Origin: Bugula neritina
Taxonomy: Eukaryota; Animalia; Bryozoa
Reading direction: 5' to 3'
Length of the DNA: 64,000 nt
NCBI GenBank assembly: GCA_964035545.1
Contig: OZ037772.1
Span: forward strand, 3,749,538-3,813,537
This document shows, in pieces, positions 1-14,007 of this stretch. The first letter of the stretch is position 1. Each line of letters begins with the position of its first letter. Below the pieces are notes generated by a model that saw only the letters and a program-made list of their open reading frames with translations, had not been told where the DNA came from and ran no database searches. A program made the translations under genes and the position numbers.

Positions 1-692
1 AAAAGTTTCAATAGCTTATAAAAGGGGAGACAACAGACGTGCCTCACCTGCCTGCCACAGACGTGTGTCACTTGCAGTAAATGGTAAATAGTATTATAAT
101 GAGTGGTAATGAGGGATGAGCTCCATTACATATGAATGTTATTAATTACATTTAATTTGGTTTTCACAAGGTATAAATAGAAGTTTAAAAATTGTACTCC
201 TGGGGTCCAACTATGTGGGGCAATTTTAACATTGGCTAATTTTCTTTGTTCTCAGCAGTGATTACTAGTGGATACAATACTGCAATGAATTATTCTGAAC
301 TTGTTTATAATTAAATACAATTGGTATGGTAGAACAAGTGTGAATTCTTTTTAGGATTTAAACTTTGAAATATAATAGATATGCAATTACGAAGAAATTC
401 TAAAACAGATTACATTTCTAGATGTGTCATATATGTTCTACAATTACAGTTTTATACATCAATAACAAATTTATACATATGTAACAAATTACATTCAATT
501 ACTTGAAAAAAATAATTTATCACAGCTAATTACAAATTACAATTTCTCAAACTCTGGTGGTAATGGTTAATAACTGGCAGACTCAAATATCCTGTGTGCA
601 GAAGTTTTTAGGGTTACTGATGATATTTAAAAACATTTTCTATTTGGTTTGTCACATTTCTAATTTTCGTCCCCCATATTTAAGAGCTGAGA

Positions 693-793
<101 letters not shown>

Positions 794-2292
794 CTATAAA
801 CATGCACGTACATAAAGAAAATAACATTCATGCAACTATTAGTAAATACTGTTTAGTATAAGCTTTTACTAATTTTGCTATGGCATGTAGCTGCATTATA
901 ATAAATAGCGAGTTATTATACACTACTAAATGGATTGGTGGAGATCACAAAGCACTTTATAGTCGTTTATGCAAAGTTTTTCTTTCAGTCTAATATATGA
1001 AAGTTATAAAAATTATTTTAAAGAGAACACACACTAACTGAAAGCCATTTGTTTTCAATAAAGTATATCATAGACCTGCATAATTTGTTCAGGAAAGAAG
1101 AGAGAGCCCCAAAGGAAGAGCCACGCCTACCATGTCCAATGAAAACAGACCTGTCATACTAAGTAGCTACAGACCTGCTATACCAAATCAAACTAAAACC
1201 TGTCATATTGCACAAAACTGAACCTGCAGTACTGAGCAAAGAGCAACCAATCAAATATTCCAAGCAAAGAGAAAACAATTCAGCATTGTGAGAAAACCTC
1301 CCCAGGGGGAATCAGCAAACTCTGACAGCTGGTCAAAGTTTTAGCTACAGAAAAGGAAGAATTGCCGAGTATAGTGATTATTCAGTGAAGAAAACCGCAT
1401 GCTTACCTTGTTCTGGTAACCACTACACAACTGTGAAGAGAAAGTGCTGGAAAGCTACACAACTTTGAGAGATTTCTCATACAGACAGCTGTTCTATAAG
1501 AAGTGTTACATAAGAGTTGTGACTATTGACTATTATAGACAGGGTTGTAAGAATGTGGACACAGTTTTAGGATTTCTTATTTTAGGAATCCAATACTTTA
1601 GTTATGTTATGATAGCATTAACTTAGCAGAAGCTTTGGTGGAATTTGATATAATGCTTAATTACTACTCAAAGCAGAATAGTTTAGTATTTTTTTTAAAA
1701 AGAACATAATATTATATTTGTATTTTCTTATAAATAAATGTTTATTATACATGCTGGTCATAAAAGTCAATTCATTATATGGTATACAAAATTACATCTG
1801 TAAATAAACATGTGCATGCTGCAGCTGAAAAATTACAAATAAAATGAGAAGGAAACAAAACGTATTCAACTGGATGAGTCATCAGATGACATTGCTGTAT
1901 AAAATGACGAATTAGGAAAGAGAAAGCCTGTGGAAACAAAGCAACACTGAACTACAATGTGGCTAACAAATACCAGGTCAGCAGAAATAATATCAAAATC
2001 AATAAATAAAATACCAAGAGGTGTGAAATGTCAATATAAGTACACATAGAAAAAATAGGTGATATACAGAATAAAAAGTAACAGTTTAATATTGATAAAG
2101 CTTTTCATTTTCACACAAATATCTTTACAAGGCATTATTGTATATATAACTATTTGTATTAGAAGAGAGAAACAATATAATTTAGTATGCTCACATGGAA
2201 CTATAGAAGGAAATGTCAGCTAGAAGAGGAAGGAAATGGAGGTCAAGGCCAGCACGCAATGTCAAGGTCAACTGGAAGAAAGTAGTTTTAGG

Positions 2293-5200
2293 TCACGACT
2301 TGTCATTCTCAAACATGGCGGCTAGTTTGAGCACACTTTTGAACTAGAAAAGGAAGGAGGCGGGGAGACCACAGAACCCTCTGGGGAGGGAGGTAAAACA
2401 CGCTTCAGCTACAAAGCAAGAGTTGAAAAGAGAAATAATTGAAAAAAGTTGAAATTTTACTCCATTTGATCAAAAATGAACAGATATTATTAAAAAAAAT
2501 TTCCACAGATTTTAAAGCTGCTATTCCAGGACAACTATAGCATATTATAATTATATTATCACCTCATTATATAATAATCATATTACATAATATATTATAT
2601 TGTTTATATGCCACATTATCATTATATTTAATTGTAACCATACTATATTATATATATTATAAATATGGTATATTATTATATTATATACTATCCATGTACA
2701 TGACTTGCACCAAGTAGATGCTAAACGTTACCTTTTCTGTGTTGGCAACTTGGGGCACAACTCTTTTTGGTCGAAGGTCTGAAATAGATGGGGAAGAGAT
2801 GATTCACCGCCCCTAGCAGAGGCGTGATGTCAAGAGAAGAACCCGAGGCTTAGTTACGACAACTTCTTCTTATGGTGTTGGCGGCTTTGAGAAAGATAGC
2901 TCTGTCGTATTCCTTGCCTGAAAACAGGAAACGGGTCATTGTACTTCTATAAACAAAGCATACATGAACTGTATCAGAAGCTCAAACTAACATATGTTAA
3001 TAGTAATGGAAGATATAACAATCTTAATGAGAATTAAAGGCTCTATTAATAGTAATCATTAGATATTTGAATTTGAATTGTGGGAGGCTAACACACTCAC
3101 CCTGAGTAAACATCAGTTTGAACAGAGCACTGAGGTTATCTCCAATACTGTTGAGACTAGCTATAGCCTGGGAGCACATTTCATATTGCAGGCACGGGTC
3201 TATGTCGGTAGGTTTCCTCTTTAGCGTGGCAGTTGCCGGCACCTGCACAACATGAAATAATTACCACCTGCTATCCGTTGACATATGTGAGACCAGTTGC
3301 TAGTGACATCAAATGACAGGTACTTGGTTAGCAAATTTATACAAAGGTGAGAGTTCTACTGTCACTTGATCAAAGCTTCCGACACTCTTTGCCTAGTGTG
3401 ACTCATAAATTATATATGACTTAGGCTAGCAGGTGAGCATGAGCTCATATTATAAGCTATGTAGCTCAAAACTATGCAAGCATCCTACCATAAAGAGACA
3501 CCACTACACCGCACCATTAGTATGAGAGTCTTCATAAGAACTAAAGCTACACTCAAGCCCCACCAGCATGATAGAATATGTCACAGACACTTACTATTGC
3601 ACATATAGTCTATGGATGAGAGGGTTGCAGTCAGCTTCTCTGTAGATGTATGGATACATTGAGCAAGGGCACCTTGGGCACATGCCATGCGCACATCTGT
3701 TGACAGCTGTCAAGTACATGACAGTACATATTGATGCACTGCCTTGTCTATGTTACCCAGCAGTGCCTGCGAACAAATATGGAGATATTACTCAGGAAAT
3801 GAGCAGAATTCTTTTTATTTCAGAGATTTTTACATATTCCTACATTAACAAAGGCATAAATTTTGAACATCTACATAAAATATTGGAGATATCTTAAATT
3901 TTTCTGCACAATCTGTAAATTGAACACTAAAAAAAGTTTCGACCCAACATAAAATGTCAACCATTGAAGAATCTTCTGGCTCTATAAGTTTGTATCATGA
4001 GGATATATTTATTACGATGTAATGTGATTATATGGAGTTGTCACCACAATACAAAATAGTGATAGTTTTGAGCAACAAATCTTATGGAGAAACAGCATCT
4101 TGGGAACATAGGCTTTACACTACTACATTAAAATACACACACATGTATAACAGAAATTGAACAAAATACTTTTATATTCTTATCCTAAAAATTTCAATAT
4201 TTTTTAAGTCAGTTGGGTTCTACCTTTTATATGTACACTGTTCAGTGGAATGCTTGTTTTAAACAAAGAAAGTGTTCTTTACATTCATTAATTTTAGTTG
4301 CTAAGAGAGCTAAAGTTGCAGATAGTTGTTTTCTTTTCAGATAAAACGTGTTGCATATGCACATGAATATGTTCAACTGATGATATCAATTAAAATACAA
4401 ATACCTTGCAACATAAAATAACACAACACCTGCAAAATACTGCTTACAATCGAATTTGCAGCTCAAACTGCAATATTGAGTCTACCCTGTGGCCCCTGTG
4501 GTGTAATGGTAGCACGCTAGCGGGTGGGAAAGTTTTTAATCAAGTTTTGGGTTTGAAATGAAATTAGGACTCACCTGCTGACGCTGCCTTGTAGCTCTCC
4601 AGAATGCTGCCAGCAGAGATTCTACACAACTCACACTGCTGCAGTATGCAGTCAAACACCTTCCTGCTCCCTAAATTGGTTGCTATAAACAGTACAGAGC
4701 TACACGTATGAGATAAGAGTGGACTAACAGAGTAGTCTCTGAGAATATATACGAGGTATATGATCAGAGAGGAGATTATTCCAAAACAGCCGAAACTAGG
4801 TTGGTGTGAAAATAATTCTGAACTAAACTATAAGATTCCTAGGCAGATGCGAGGAGTAGTTAGTGGAACTGTTATAGTGCAGACCATACTTAGCCTTAGT
4901 AGCTAGATTACCTGGTAACCTGCTGATTGAGGGGGGTCAAGGAACTCTTCCAGCTGTCACCTGGGTTGGAGAAGACAGCCAGACACTCATGAGGTGTGTT
5001 ACTGTCAAGTAACTCTCACATGTCGGCTAGTCTCTCCTCAAACTTGGACACAGTGAAGTCTGTGTATCTATTGAGTTGTTTATCCGTTACCTTGACAACC
5101 ATAACATTGTCCACTTCTTCCTGTTCAAATACCTAGAACAGACAGACGCATGGTGTGTAACATAATTACATAAATATTTATAAATGTATATATATAAATA

Positions 5201-7119
5201 AACAAGTGTATGTGAGTGTATGTGTGTGTGTGGTGCGTGAGTGGTCTGTGTGTGCGTGCATGTATCTGTGTGTATTATTGACACAATCAAAGGCAAAATT
5301 CAACCTAAACAATTTTATCAATAGCTGGGTAGAAAGTACGGATCACATAATTTTTGTGAAAAAAAAACTTCTACACACGATAATTGAAAAACTAAAATAG
5401 AAATGCATATTTTTAATATCATCTGGTACATGCTTTAATTATGGCAGACACAAGGCATGCACAGAGAAAGATAATTTCTCAAGTAGATACTGTGGGTAAT
5501 GCTGATGTGGACACTATGAACAATGCAAGTATTATACAGGAGTTGTCTACTCTTTGAAAACAGATAACTTACTGTAAGCATTGACTTGAGTTGACTCAGT
5601 TTATTGCCTTCCCTTATAAGAAGAGCGACCTTATAAAGGTCAGTTTTACCCCGGTCCACAAAAAATAGGAGTAAATTAGACTAACATTATACTGGGTTAT
5701 TTTATCATGTAGTTTCCTTATCATACGTTACAACTTATTGGGATATGGTAGTAGAAAAATATAAAAAAGATATTTTAATTTAGGAGGAAAAACTGAAAAG
5801 TAATCAAAATCGAAGATGAGGTCTAGCCGAATAATAAGAAAATTCTCACAACAAAGTAATTAGCAATGAAGGGTCAGAGGTCAAGCATACACCAAATCTA
5901 GCAAATTTATTATCTTCAACAGCCTCTCAATGAAACCATGCCATGCCTAGTTCACCTCATAGCAACACACCACTGACGGGGTGGGGTGGGGGAAAGCATG
6001 ACTAGCAGAGACTTAGCAATTATAAACTGGAAAAAGCTCTCAAAAACACAATAAAAATAAGCATATAGACAAACTTTACCCTTTCTTCTATAATATATAT
6101 AAATTGAACACATAAATTACAACTGCAGTCAGGAGAACATAACTCTGAAAATAAAACAATGAGTTGTGTAATTCTGTATGTTGATTCCCCAGATACAGCA
6201 GGTGTAGAGCTCAAAGGATTACCAAGTGACTGATATTAATTTTTAATATTGATATAGAATGTAATATTAAGTTTTAAAGGCAGTCATAAAAATAAAAAAG
6301 AAATCAAAATAATGGTGCTGTGATGAATACAGATAATTAAAGCTGAAACTTCTGGACTTTTTAAATCCACACTATGAGAGACTACGCCGCCGTTGCAATC
6401 AACAATTGTAAATAAATGTTGTAAAAACTCATATTTATTTTTTAATCGCTTCCACAACAATGCTGAAGGAGATGAAGACTATCAGTGAAAACAACACAAC
6501 CCTTTCTCTCTTACAGATCTAGATTGAATATAGATTCACCATAATCCATTAGTGGGTATCGAGACATCAAATTACCGACCCCTACTGACTGAAGCTCACC
6601 ACTAGGAACTGAAGCTAGGCTTTTCACAGCCACTTCTTCTTTGCCTCCTTTTAGGTGTTTGAGTCCTGCAGACTGGAGAGGAAGCGCTCGACCGAGGAGA
6701 TGGTAGGTAAAGAGTCCGTCAGCACGGCAATATGTGTGCGCTGCTTTACTTACAACAGAGTGTTTAGAAATATTCCCAGCAAAAACATTTCAATCACTGA
6801 CTGTGTAGTTACAGTGAAAGTATCATAATATAATAATATATTAGTCATCATAACATTGAAGTGTACAATGATCACTAAACATATTATATGCCGAGTGATG
6901 ACCAATGTGTCTGGGAACATTAATAAATACACATCGAATGACCAATATGCTTGGGGAATACTAATGAAGACATGACTGTACACAATAAACAGGCTTACCG
7001 ATCATTCTGGCAAACAGGAAGTCTTTAGGAATGCTGGAGGACTTGTGTTTAGATGAGTCAACACCAGCGGGGTGATTAAAGTGGAAATAGTGATCACCAC
7101 CGATAATAACTCGGTCTCC
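2293..7119 (-). pseudogene. KIF14: KIF14-like kinesin-3 pseudogene fragment (end of FHA domain to C-terminus; no motor domain)
   Basis: Minus-strand exons, mostly with AG/GT ends. 6999-7119 reads GDRVIIGGDHYFHFNHP...PKDFLFA (resembles the KIF14 FHA end GDRVILGGDHYFRFNHP...PKDFEFA). ~6600-6750 has three in-frame stops. 4912-5132 reads KVTDKQLNRYTDFTVSKFEERLADM*ELL...FSNPGDSW (TGA at 5016-5018). Further exons: 4575-4682; 3595-3766 (TGA at 3710-3712); 3101-3242; 2732-2917 (TAA plus frameshift); probable last exon from 2408 downward. Confidence 0.75.
4491..4520 (+). mobile_element. tRNA 5'-half-like fragment (probable SINE head remnant)
   Basis: GGCCCCTGTGGTGTAATGGTAGCACGCTAG looks like an acceptor 5' strand plus D-arm/A box; no T-arm or B box follows. 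Confidence 0.4.
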
Positions 7120-7645
7120 CTACAGACATGATAACAGGAAATGATTCAATATTGAAAATATTACGCTAAACGAGCATAGTAAATAAACTACAAACACTAA
7201 TCTATCAGTTTCATAAACAATTTTATCACCCATATGATTGGATAGAATCAAGTAGAGTTTGTCTCCTAATGCACTTCGCAATTGCTATAAAATCGAAAAT
7301 ACTACGCTGTAGAAATTTAGTAAGTAAATTAGAAATGTTAATTGACAAGTTCTATACACGATTGCATCACACATGTAACTAAAAAAGAATTTAGCATGAG
7401 CAAGTGCATTCCAAAATATCTTACAGGTTATTCTAATACTTAAACCCCACAAGGTTCATATATACAACTAATATACATAGTACTTAAATGTTATGAGGCG
7501 TAACTCAAATAATTCTAACATAGCTGTGTTTTATTACTTTGAGTTACAACAACAGTTGTGCTCAGACTAGACTGCAGATGTGTAAGATCAGTGTGCAGAC
7601 AAAGCATCACAGTAAACATGCCTACTGTCACTGCCTTGACAAAAC

Positions 7646-9886
7646 CATTGAACTATAATCCCCTGGAATGGCCAATGTAAATTTTAAACGTCCAAATATT
7701 TCAGCCATATTGAAGAATTCTTATTTTTGGACACCGCCTACTTTCTAATGTAAAAGTAATGGAAATTACTATACTTTGCAGTATTTATAAAACCTTTGGC
7801 ATCACACCACACAAGTGAATAATTCCAAAATCTACTCTATTTTTATCTGCTGGTAATAAGGATTGGCTATAGCATAAAGAAATAAAGCTGGTAGTTATAA
7901 AAATATTCTTTTTTGAAACAACAAAAGCAAGTTGATATCAAGTAAAAACCTAGTATATAATATAACATCTACTTAAATTTAGCTGCTGGTAATAATTGTT
8001 GGCTATAGAATGGAGAAATGAGGCTAGTTGTTATAAAAATATTTTACTTTAAAACAACAAAAGCAAGTAGATATCAATTAAAAACCTGATATATAATATA
8101 AGTAATATAAATAAAAACTAGAAATAAAAAGTCTATTGACTCTTAAAAAGAACATTTTCATTATTTCTCTGTTGACAGCTCACTTTATGTAAAACAAGTT
8201 TTTTATTTTAGACAAATTGTGTTAAAAAAAATCTTAATATATTTCAACAATGAGGTTGAGTAACGTAGAGTGGTGGTTCTCAATGTCAGTAGAAGTTTCC
8301 ATAGCATGCTTTTCAATGCCAAAAATATCGTATCCACCAATCTTCCCCTTCACTGTAAGAATGATCCTAAAATACCATTCTAATAATTTCAAGTTATCAA
8401 GCCAGTAAAACAATTCAAAAGCTTTTAATCTTTTTAGAAAACACAGGTGTACTCCAAAAACATTCAACTTGCTATGCTGTATGCTGCACAAAATGAAAAT
8501 ACTAATTCTCTCTTAAAAATGACTTGACAATTATTCAAACCTAATTAATTATGGCTGTTAAAACTGTTGTAAACTGGTAGATCTTCATTGCTGGAATTTT
8601 TACTCACATCCGTATTCTGTAGTGTAACCGGTTTCTAAGAAGAATTTTAAAAGTAACTTGCATAACAAATATAATTTTTGGACAACTTTGAAAGAATGCT
8701 AATTTTACACTATAGTTCAGAACTTAATAAAAGTCTAGATAGAGTTGAAACCAACTCTGCTAATGGAACAGCTCCTTCATGCAACCTTCCAATTTGGCCA
8801 GTGGTGTCAATATGCTGAAGATAAAAATGTTCACTGCACAGTTTTGCAGTTTCTGATAGTTCTTCTTAGCGCCTGGACACTTGCCACCATTCCTTACACA
8901 TGCTGAAATCCTTTATTTTGTTAGAGAATCTAAAATAAAAGTATATGAATACTTGAAGCTAAAGCTAAGTAAATTTAGTATACAAACTATTGATTTTTGC
9001 TGCATATTATAATGTTTTTATAAAAAAGCTTTTGCTAAATCTTAATACTAGCCAACTTCTAGTACAATTTTGTGTAAGATCTACTTTGCCTTGGATCATT
9101 TATTTGTCAACAAAACTTAAGCCTTTGGCTATATTTTATTATATACTTATATAGCGTTAGTGTTACAATTAGACTCTAATTCAAGTTGTAGTTCAGTTTT
9201 ATAGCTAAATCTTCAAATTGAAATGACCAAAAGTAAATGGGTAATGGCTATAAAAAGCTAGTCAATTTGAATTACAATAAATTAAGATTTAGATCATCAT
9301 TATGACTCAAACTAAAAGTATAGTCATTACCATATATTCATAAACCATCTTTACCATAATAATTGATACGGATACAATTACTAATAACTATTAGTATTAG
9401 TGTAAGTATTACTATTAGTAATAGTATTAGTATTACTATTACTATTAGTAGAAGTACTAGTATTACTCGAACTAACCTCAACCTGTGAAATGAAGTGTTT
9501 CTCTCTTAGTCTTTGCTATCAACGCGCTGAATTTGAGTAATTGAAGCAATTATAAGCAAAACACTGTGATTCTGATGTTTTTTGGCCTTTCGAAACTGCG
9601 TGATAAGTGTGTTCAGAAGTATCCATTGTTAGTAATGCTTACTATTAGTATTAGTGACAAACCACGACAATTGAAAATTTAACAATGGCGGCAAACTGGT
9701 TAAAATTAAAATACTTCTCGAAAAGAGGCTCCAGTTGACGTGAAAAAATAAACAGGTCACGTGATAAACTGCCCGAAAATCTTCAAAGTGAAACTAGCAA
9801 TCCACCAATATGGCTGCTCTTTGGACGCGAGGTTACATTATAAAGCTACCGGATGTCCTTTCCAGGGTTATAGTTTCAGTTCAGTG
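7646..9886 (-). mobile_element. Decayed THAP-domain DNA transposon (P-element/THAP9-like) with long imperfect terminal inverted repeats
   Basis: Two minus-strand exons give a broken THAP zinc finger: ~9483-9585 (SQCFAYNCFNYSN...SFHR) spliced to ~8750-8929 (FSNKIKDFSMCKEWWQVSRR*EELSETAKLCSEHFYLQHIDTTGQIGRLHEGAVP). The ends share inverted blocks aactataa-ccctggaa, aatgtaa, cgtccaaa and cagccatattg (7646-7713 vs 9806-9886). No TSD found. Confidence 0.65.
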
Positions 9887-10579
9887 GTTGGACCCTAGAA
9901 GTGAAATTGCATGTGATTGACCCCAACCCTGGTTTATTATGGAGCTCATACTTTTATTGTTCAAGGTCTAGATGTGTTCTCCCCCATGTTTTTACTAGAA
10001 GTGAACTTTAATTTGGTAATAAGTTTACAATAAATTGTTGTTTCGCATTGTAGAGCTTATTGTTGCCTGAATATTGTATTGAGAATATTGGCTTAACAAT
10101 ACCAGTGCAGCGATATGATTGACCTGACAATATCAATGCAGCGATGTGATTGGCTTGACAGTATCAGAGTAGTGATGTGATTGGCTACTCTGTTCTGTTC
10201 TGCAGGGCCATGCCTACTTGTATTATGTGTTAATCTTGTTTTGCAGTGAACAGAAAGGAATAATGGGTCCCAAAAGACATCCGGGATCTTACCAAACTTA
10301 TGGAGAGGGAGGGTTCACCCGATGTTGATGGCCTGCCTGGTATATCCGGCAATCCTGGAGGTGCAGGAGAAAGGAGACCACCTGGTTTCCCAGGAGATAC
10401 TGGAGTTCTTGGAGAACCAGGTGATGTTTATGCTCAATTGAGTTTATTCTGTCAAGTTATGTTGGGATCTTTTTCGTTTTCGTTATTTTATGTTTGTTAT
10501 ATGGAAAAGAGGAAAAAACTCTGTCACGGAGCATTTTTGTTTTTTCAGAGAGCTTTGGATTATTTGATTATGGTCTACA

Positions 10580-10730
10580 CAGGGGTGTAGATAGACTAAA
10601 CTAAACAGGGGTGTAGACAGACTAAACTACACAGGGCTGTAGACAGACTAGACTAACCAGTGGTCTAGATGGACTAAACTACATAGGGGTGTAGATGGAC
10701 TAAACTACATAGGGGTGTAGATGGACTAAA
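10580..10730. repeat. ~26-bp tandem repeat (acataggggtgtagatggactaaact), ~6 copies
   Basis: Directly visible tandem units in a collagen intron. Confidence 0.85.
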
Positions 10731-13699
10731 CCTACTACGAACTTATAACTACCTTGCGTCATGACATCTCTATTCTCTCCTATAATTTGACCTTTATTTA
10801 GCGAGCATATTTCAAGTGGGCTATTCTATACTGACCAGTCACACTGTTTACTATAGCAACATAGAAATCAAGTTGAAAACTAGTTGCACCTGTTGTGATG
10901 TTATCACTGGGTGCTTACAGGTAGAGACGGAGTACCTGGACCTGTTCAGATCAGATATCAGAATAAACAAGGAGATCAAGGTCCTGCAGGTAAGAATGAG
11001 GAGTGACTCACTCTTGTTTGTGTATTTCTGTTCTTTTCAGGTATTCTGTAAAATGCTGGGGTTCTCCTCACAGCTAGTCTGCACTAAGGCAGGGAGTAGG
11101 CTGAGTAATCATATTGAATCCCAGCAGTGGTTGTTACTTCAACCGACAGGATTACTATGTATGATAGTTACTCTGACTGGTTTTCATGGATCATTTTTAC
11201 CATACTGTTTGCCACATGATGCATTGTCTGAGTAAAAACAAGGAAACAAAGAAATATATCAAAAATGTTGAAAAATTTTGTGTTCCAGAATTAATAAATG
11301 ACCACTTGTAGTGCATACTGGTGCTGCTTGGCTCATAGGATAAGCCGGACAAGCTGGAGAACCTGGTCTGCATGGCAGAAATGGAAAGATAGAAGAAACT
11401 GGACAAACTGGTATGCCTGGTCCAACTGGCTCAAGGGGATTCACAGGAGAACCCGGATCTGATGGAAGGTAATATTTGTGTTTCATTTTGCCCTATTCAG
11501 CTTCTTGGAACTTTTTATCTCTTTTGTTTTTATAATTTGTTGTCAATTTTCTCAGAGACGGTTTACCTGGAGTACCGGGTGCTGATGGTAGACCTGGGGA
11601 GCAGGGTGATCAAGGACCTCCTGGCCCCATGGGTCCAGTGGGAATCCCCGGTAACCAGGGACCTGAAGGTGCTCAAGGAGACAAGGGTGATAAGGCAGGA
11701 ACATTCTTTATTCAGTTTTCTATTTATTTCAGTTCTCTGGTTTTCCACTAGTCAATCTTTTAGTTGTTTATTTGTTTTAGTTTATTTATGTTGATACTAG
11801 AGTTGCTTCAATGACATCACATCATGTAATATATTACATAACAGTACAGTATAATACACCATAATATAATATGTTATACAATACAATATTGTTACAGAAA
11901 ATATAATTCACTAATATCTCACAGCTAAGTTGTGTCTCCTAAATATATTCATTACTATAGGGGCCAGCTGGACCACAGGGTGCTTCTGGACCAACTGGAT
12001 TGTCCGGGCCAACTGGTCCTCAGGGACCCCACGGAGCTTCTGGGAATTCCCGGCGAACAAGGACCTAAAGGTATGAATGAAGTTGAACCAAACTTTGTCC
12101 TTAGTTATTAGCCATCAACAGAATCTTGACTCTAAGAGTTATCCTACTTGGTAAGAAGGTAAGGCAACTCCTAACTCATGATAATATGAATATCATCTGT
12201 AAGACCCACTGGTTTCCAGGGACCGCAGGGATTCCCCGGAGCTCCCGGTATTGATGGTGAAAGGGGAGATGTTGGACCAGTGGGTATTGCTGGACCACCT
12301 GGGCTACGGGGTGCAGACGGCAAACAAGGAATAACTGGTTCTCCTGGTGCTATGGGTGCTATGGGACCACCTGTACCTGATGGTGCTAAGGTAAACACTT
12401 ACACTGCTAACAGGTTATTGTTACTCACCTTGTTAGTTTAGTGGTATTAAACCAATAGTCTGTATTTCTAGGGTGAACAAGGGAGAGATGGGGAAATGGG
12501 TAGTCCTGGCAGACCTGGACCTCCTGGACTTCCTGGTGAAGCCCCAGTATTTGGTTAGTTATTAGCAAAACCAAGTTATTGTTCATTACTTGTATCTTTT
12601 TCATTCTCTTTCAACTGTGTATTGGTAATATTTTGGGAATTTCATCCATAGCTTGTGATTGAAGCTTTTATTTTATTCTACCATGGGTTATGTTAGGTGC
12701 GCCCCCTATGATGATGAGTGCAATGATGTCCAACGGTAAAGGTGTACAAGCAGATGATGCAGGCGCCAACAATGAGCTCTATAATATGTACCTCAGTGAG
12801 TAATGGCCATGATGTGCTTTGATGTTGCCTGCTTTGTAGTGGAAAGGCCTTTTTGAATGCTGTTTTGGAACTCAAATGACAGACTCGTTTCAAATTGTTT
12901 ATGTTTTTGCAGACAAACAATTTTATAATTAACTGCTAGAAACTATTGTAATAAAAATAGAGACAGCTGTTGTAATGTATTTCTCCTCCTAGCATTGATG
13001 ATTGACATTCTTTCTTGATGAGTCACCTATTTAGTTCGCTTCTTCAGTCAAATGTTGCTACATTCTGACATATTATATAATGCTGATTTTATTGCTGTTA
13101 GCTTACATCACTACTTCCACCTTATTTCTCTAGAAATGTAAGTAAGAGACGGGTCCAAAGACAGCCCTGTTATAGAGACTGTAGAGAACTCTTCACTGAA
13201 AACCCAGAGTTTAAGAGTGGAACTTATTGGGTGAGAGAAGATGCTGATATGTTTCTATTTTCTCTGCTCAGAGGAAATCTGTATCCAAGTCTGATGACTG
13301 AAATTCTGTGAACATGTTTTATATTCTACAATTACTACTCCTGAGGTGTCAATATCATGTCATGTGAAGTTTCCACAGATATTTAATGTTTAAGAATAAG
13401 AGTTTTCCCATGAGTTGCCTGTATTATATAATTCTGTATATTTAACAGCTGAACAGGTTTTAGAAGTTTTATGTGATGTTTGTATTGTGTTAGTGTGAAA
13501 TGGAGAAGTTGTATTCTCTATTGTTTGTTGTCAGGTGGATACAGATGGTGGCTCCATAGCTAATGCTATCCAGGCTTACTGTCGCAAGGAAATGAAGAGC
13601 ACTTGTATCAATGTCAAGACCTCTGAGTTCGCCACCAAATCGTACGTCACCCAGCAGCTAGATAATCAGCCATTTGTTGCTTTAAACACATGGGAACAG

Positions 13700-14007
13700 T
13701 GTTATAGTTTTCAGATTTAGGGTTGATGTGCCACCAAGAGAGTCTATTTAACACTAGAGAAACTTCACCAGTTAAGTCGAGTAGATATCGTTATATTTAA
13801 TACAAGAATACATAATAAAAATCCAATGTACAACAGTAATGATACGCACGTCTATTTAGTTTACAGCACTATCCTCAACTGAGCTAGTAGCGCGAAGCGG
13901 CTACTATTACTTATCAAACAGCTTAGCTAATTGGCTAATACATTGTTCCGGGTCAATACGCAACCCTGCGTATTGTGTTGCTGGTAGCTCCACGAGCCAC
14001 CACAACA
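13700..14007. mobile_element. ~308-bp insertion in a collagen exon, candidate solo LTR
   Basis: Absent from the paralogous exons at 30378 and 32661, which read g(g/a)aacagcactcgtgag continuously. Begins TGTTATAG and ends CACAACA; AACAG occurs at both junctions. Confidence 0.55.

Noticed and set aside
4491-4560. Functional tRNA gene
   Set aside because: Only the 5' half resembles a tRNA; no anticodon arm, T-arm or 3' acceptor strand.
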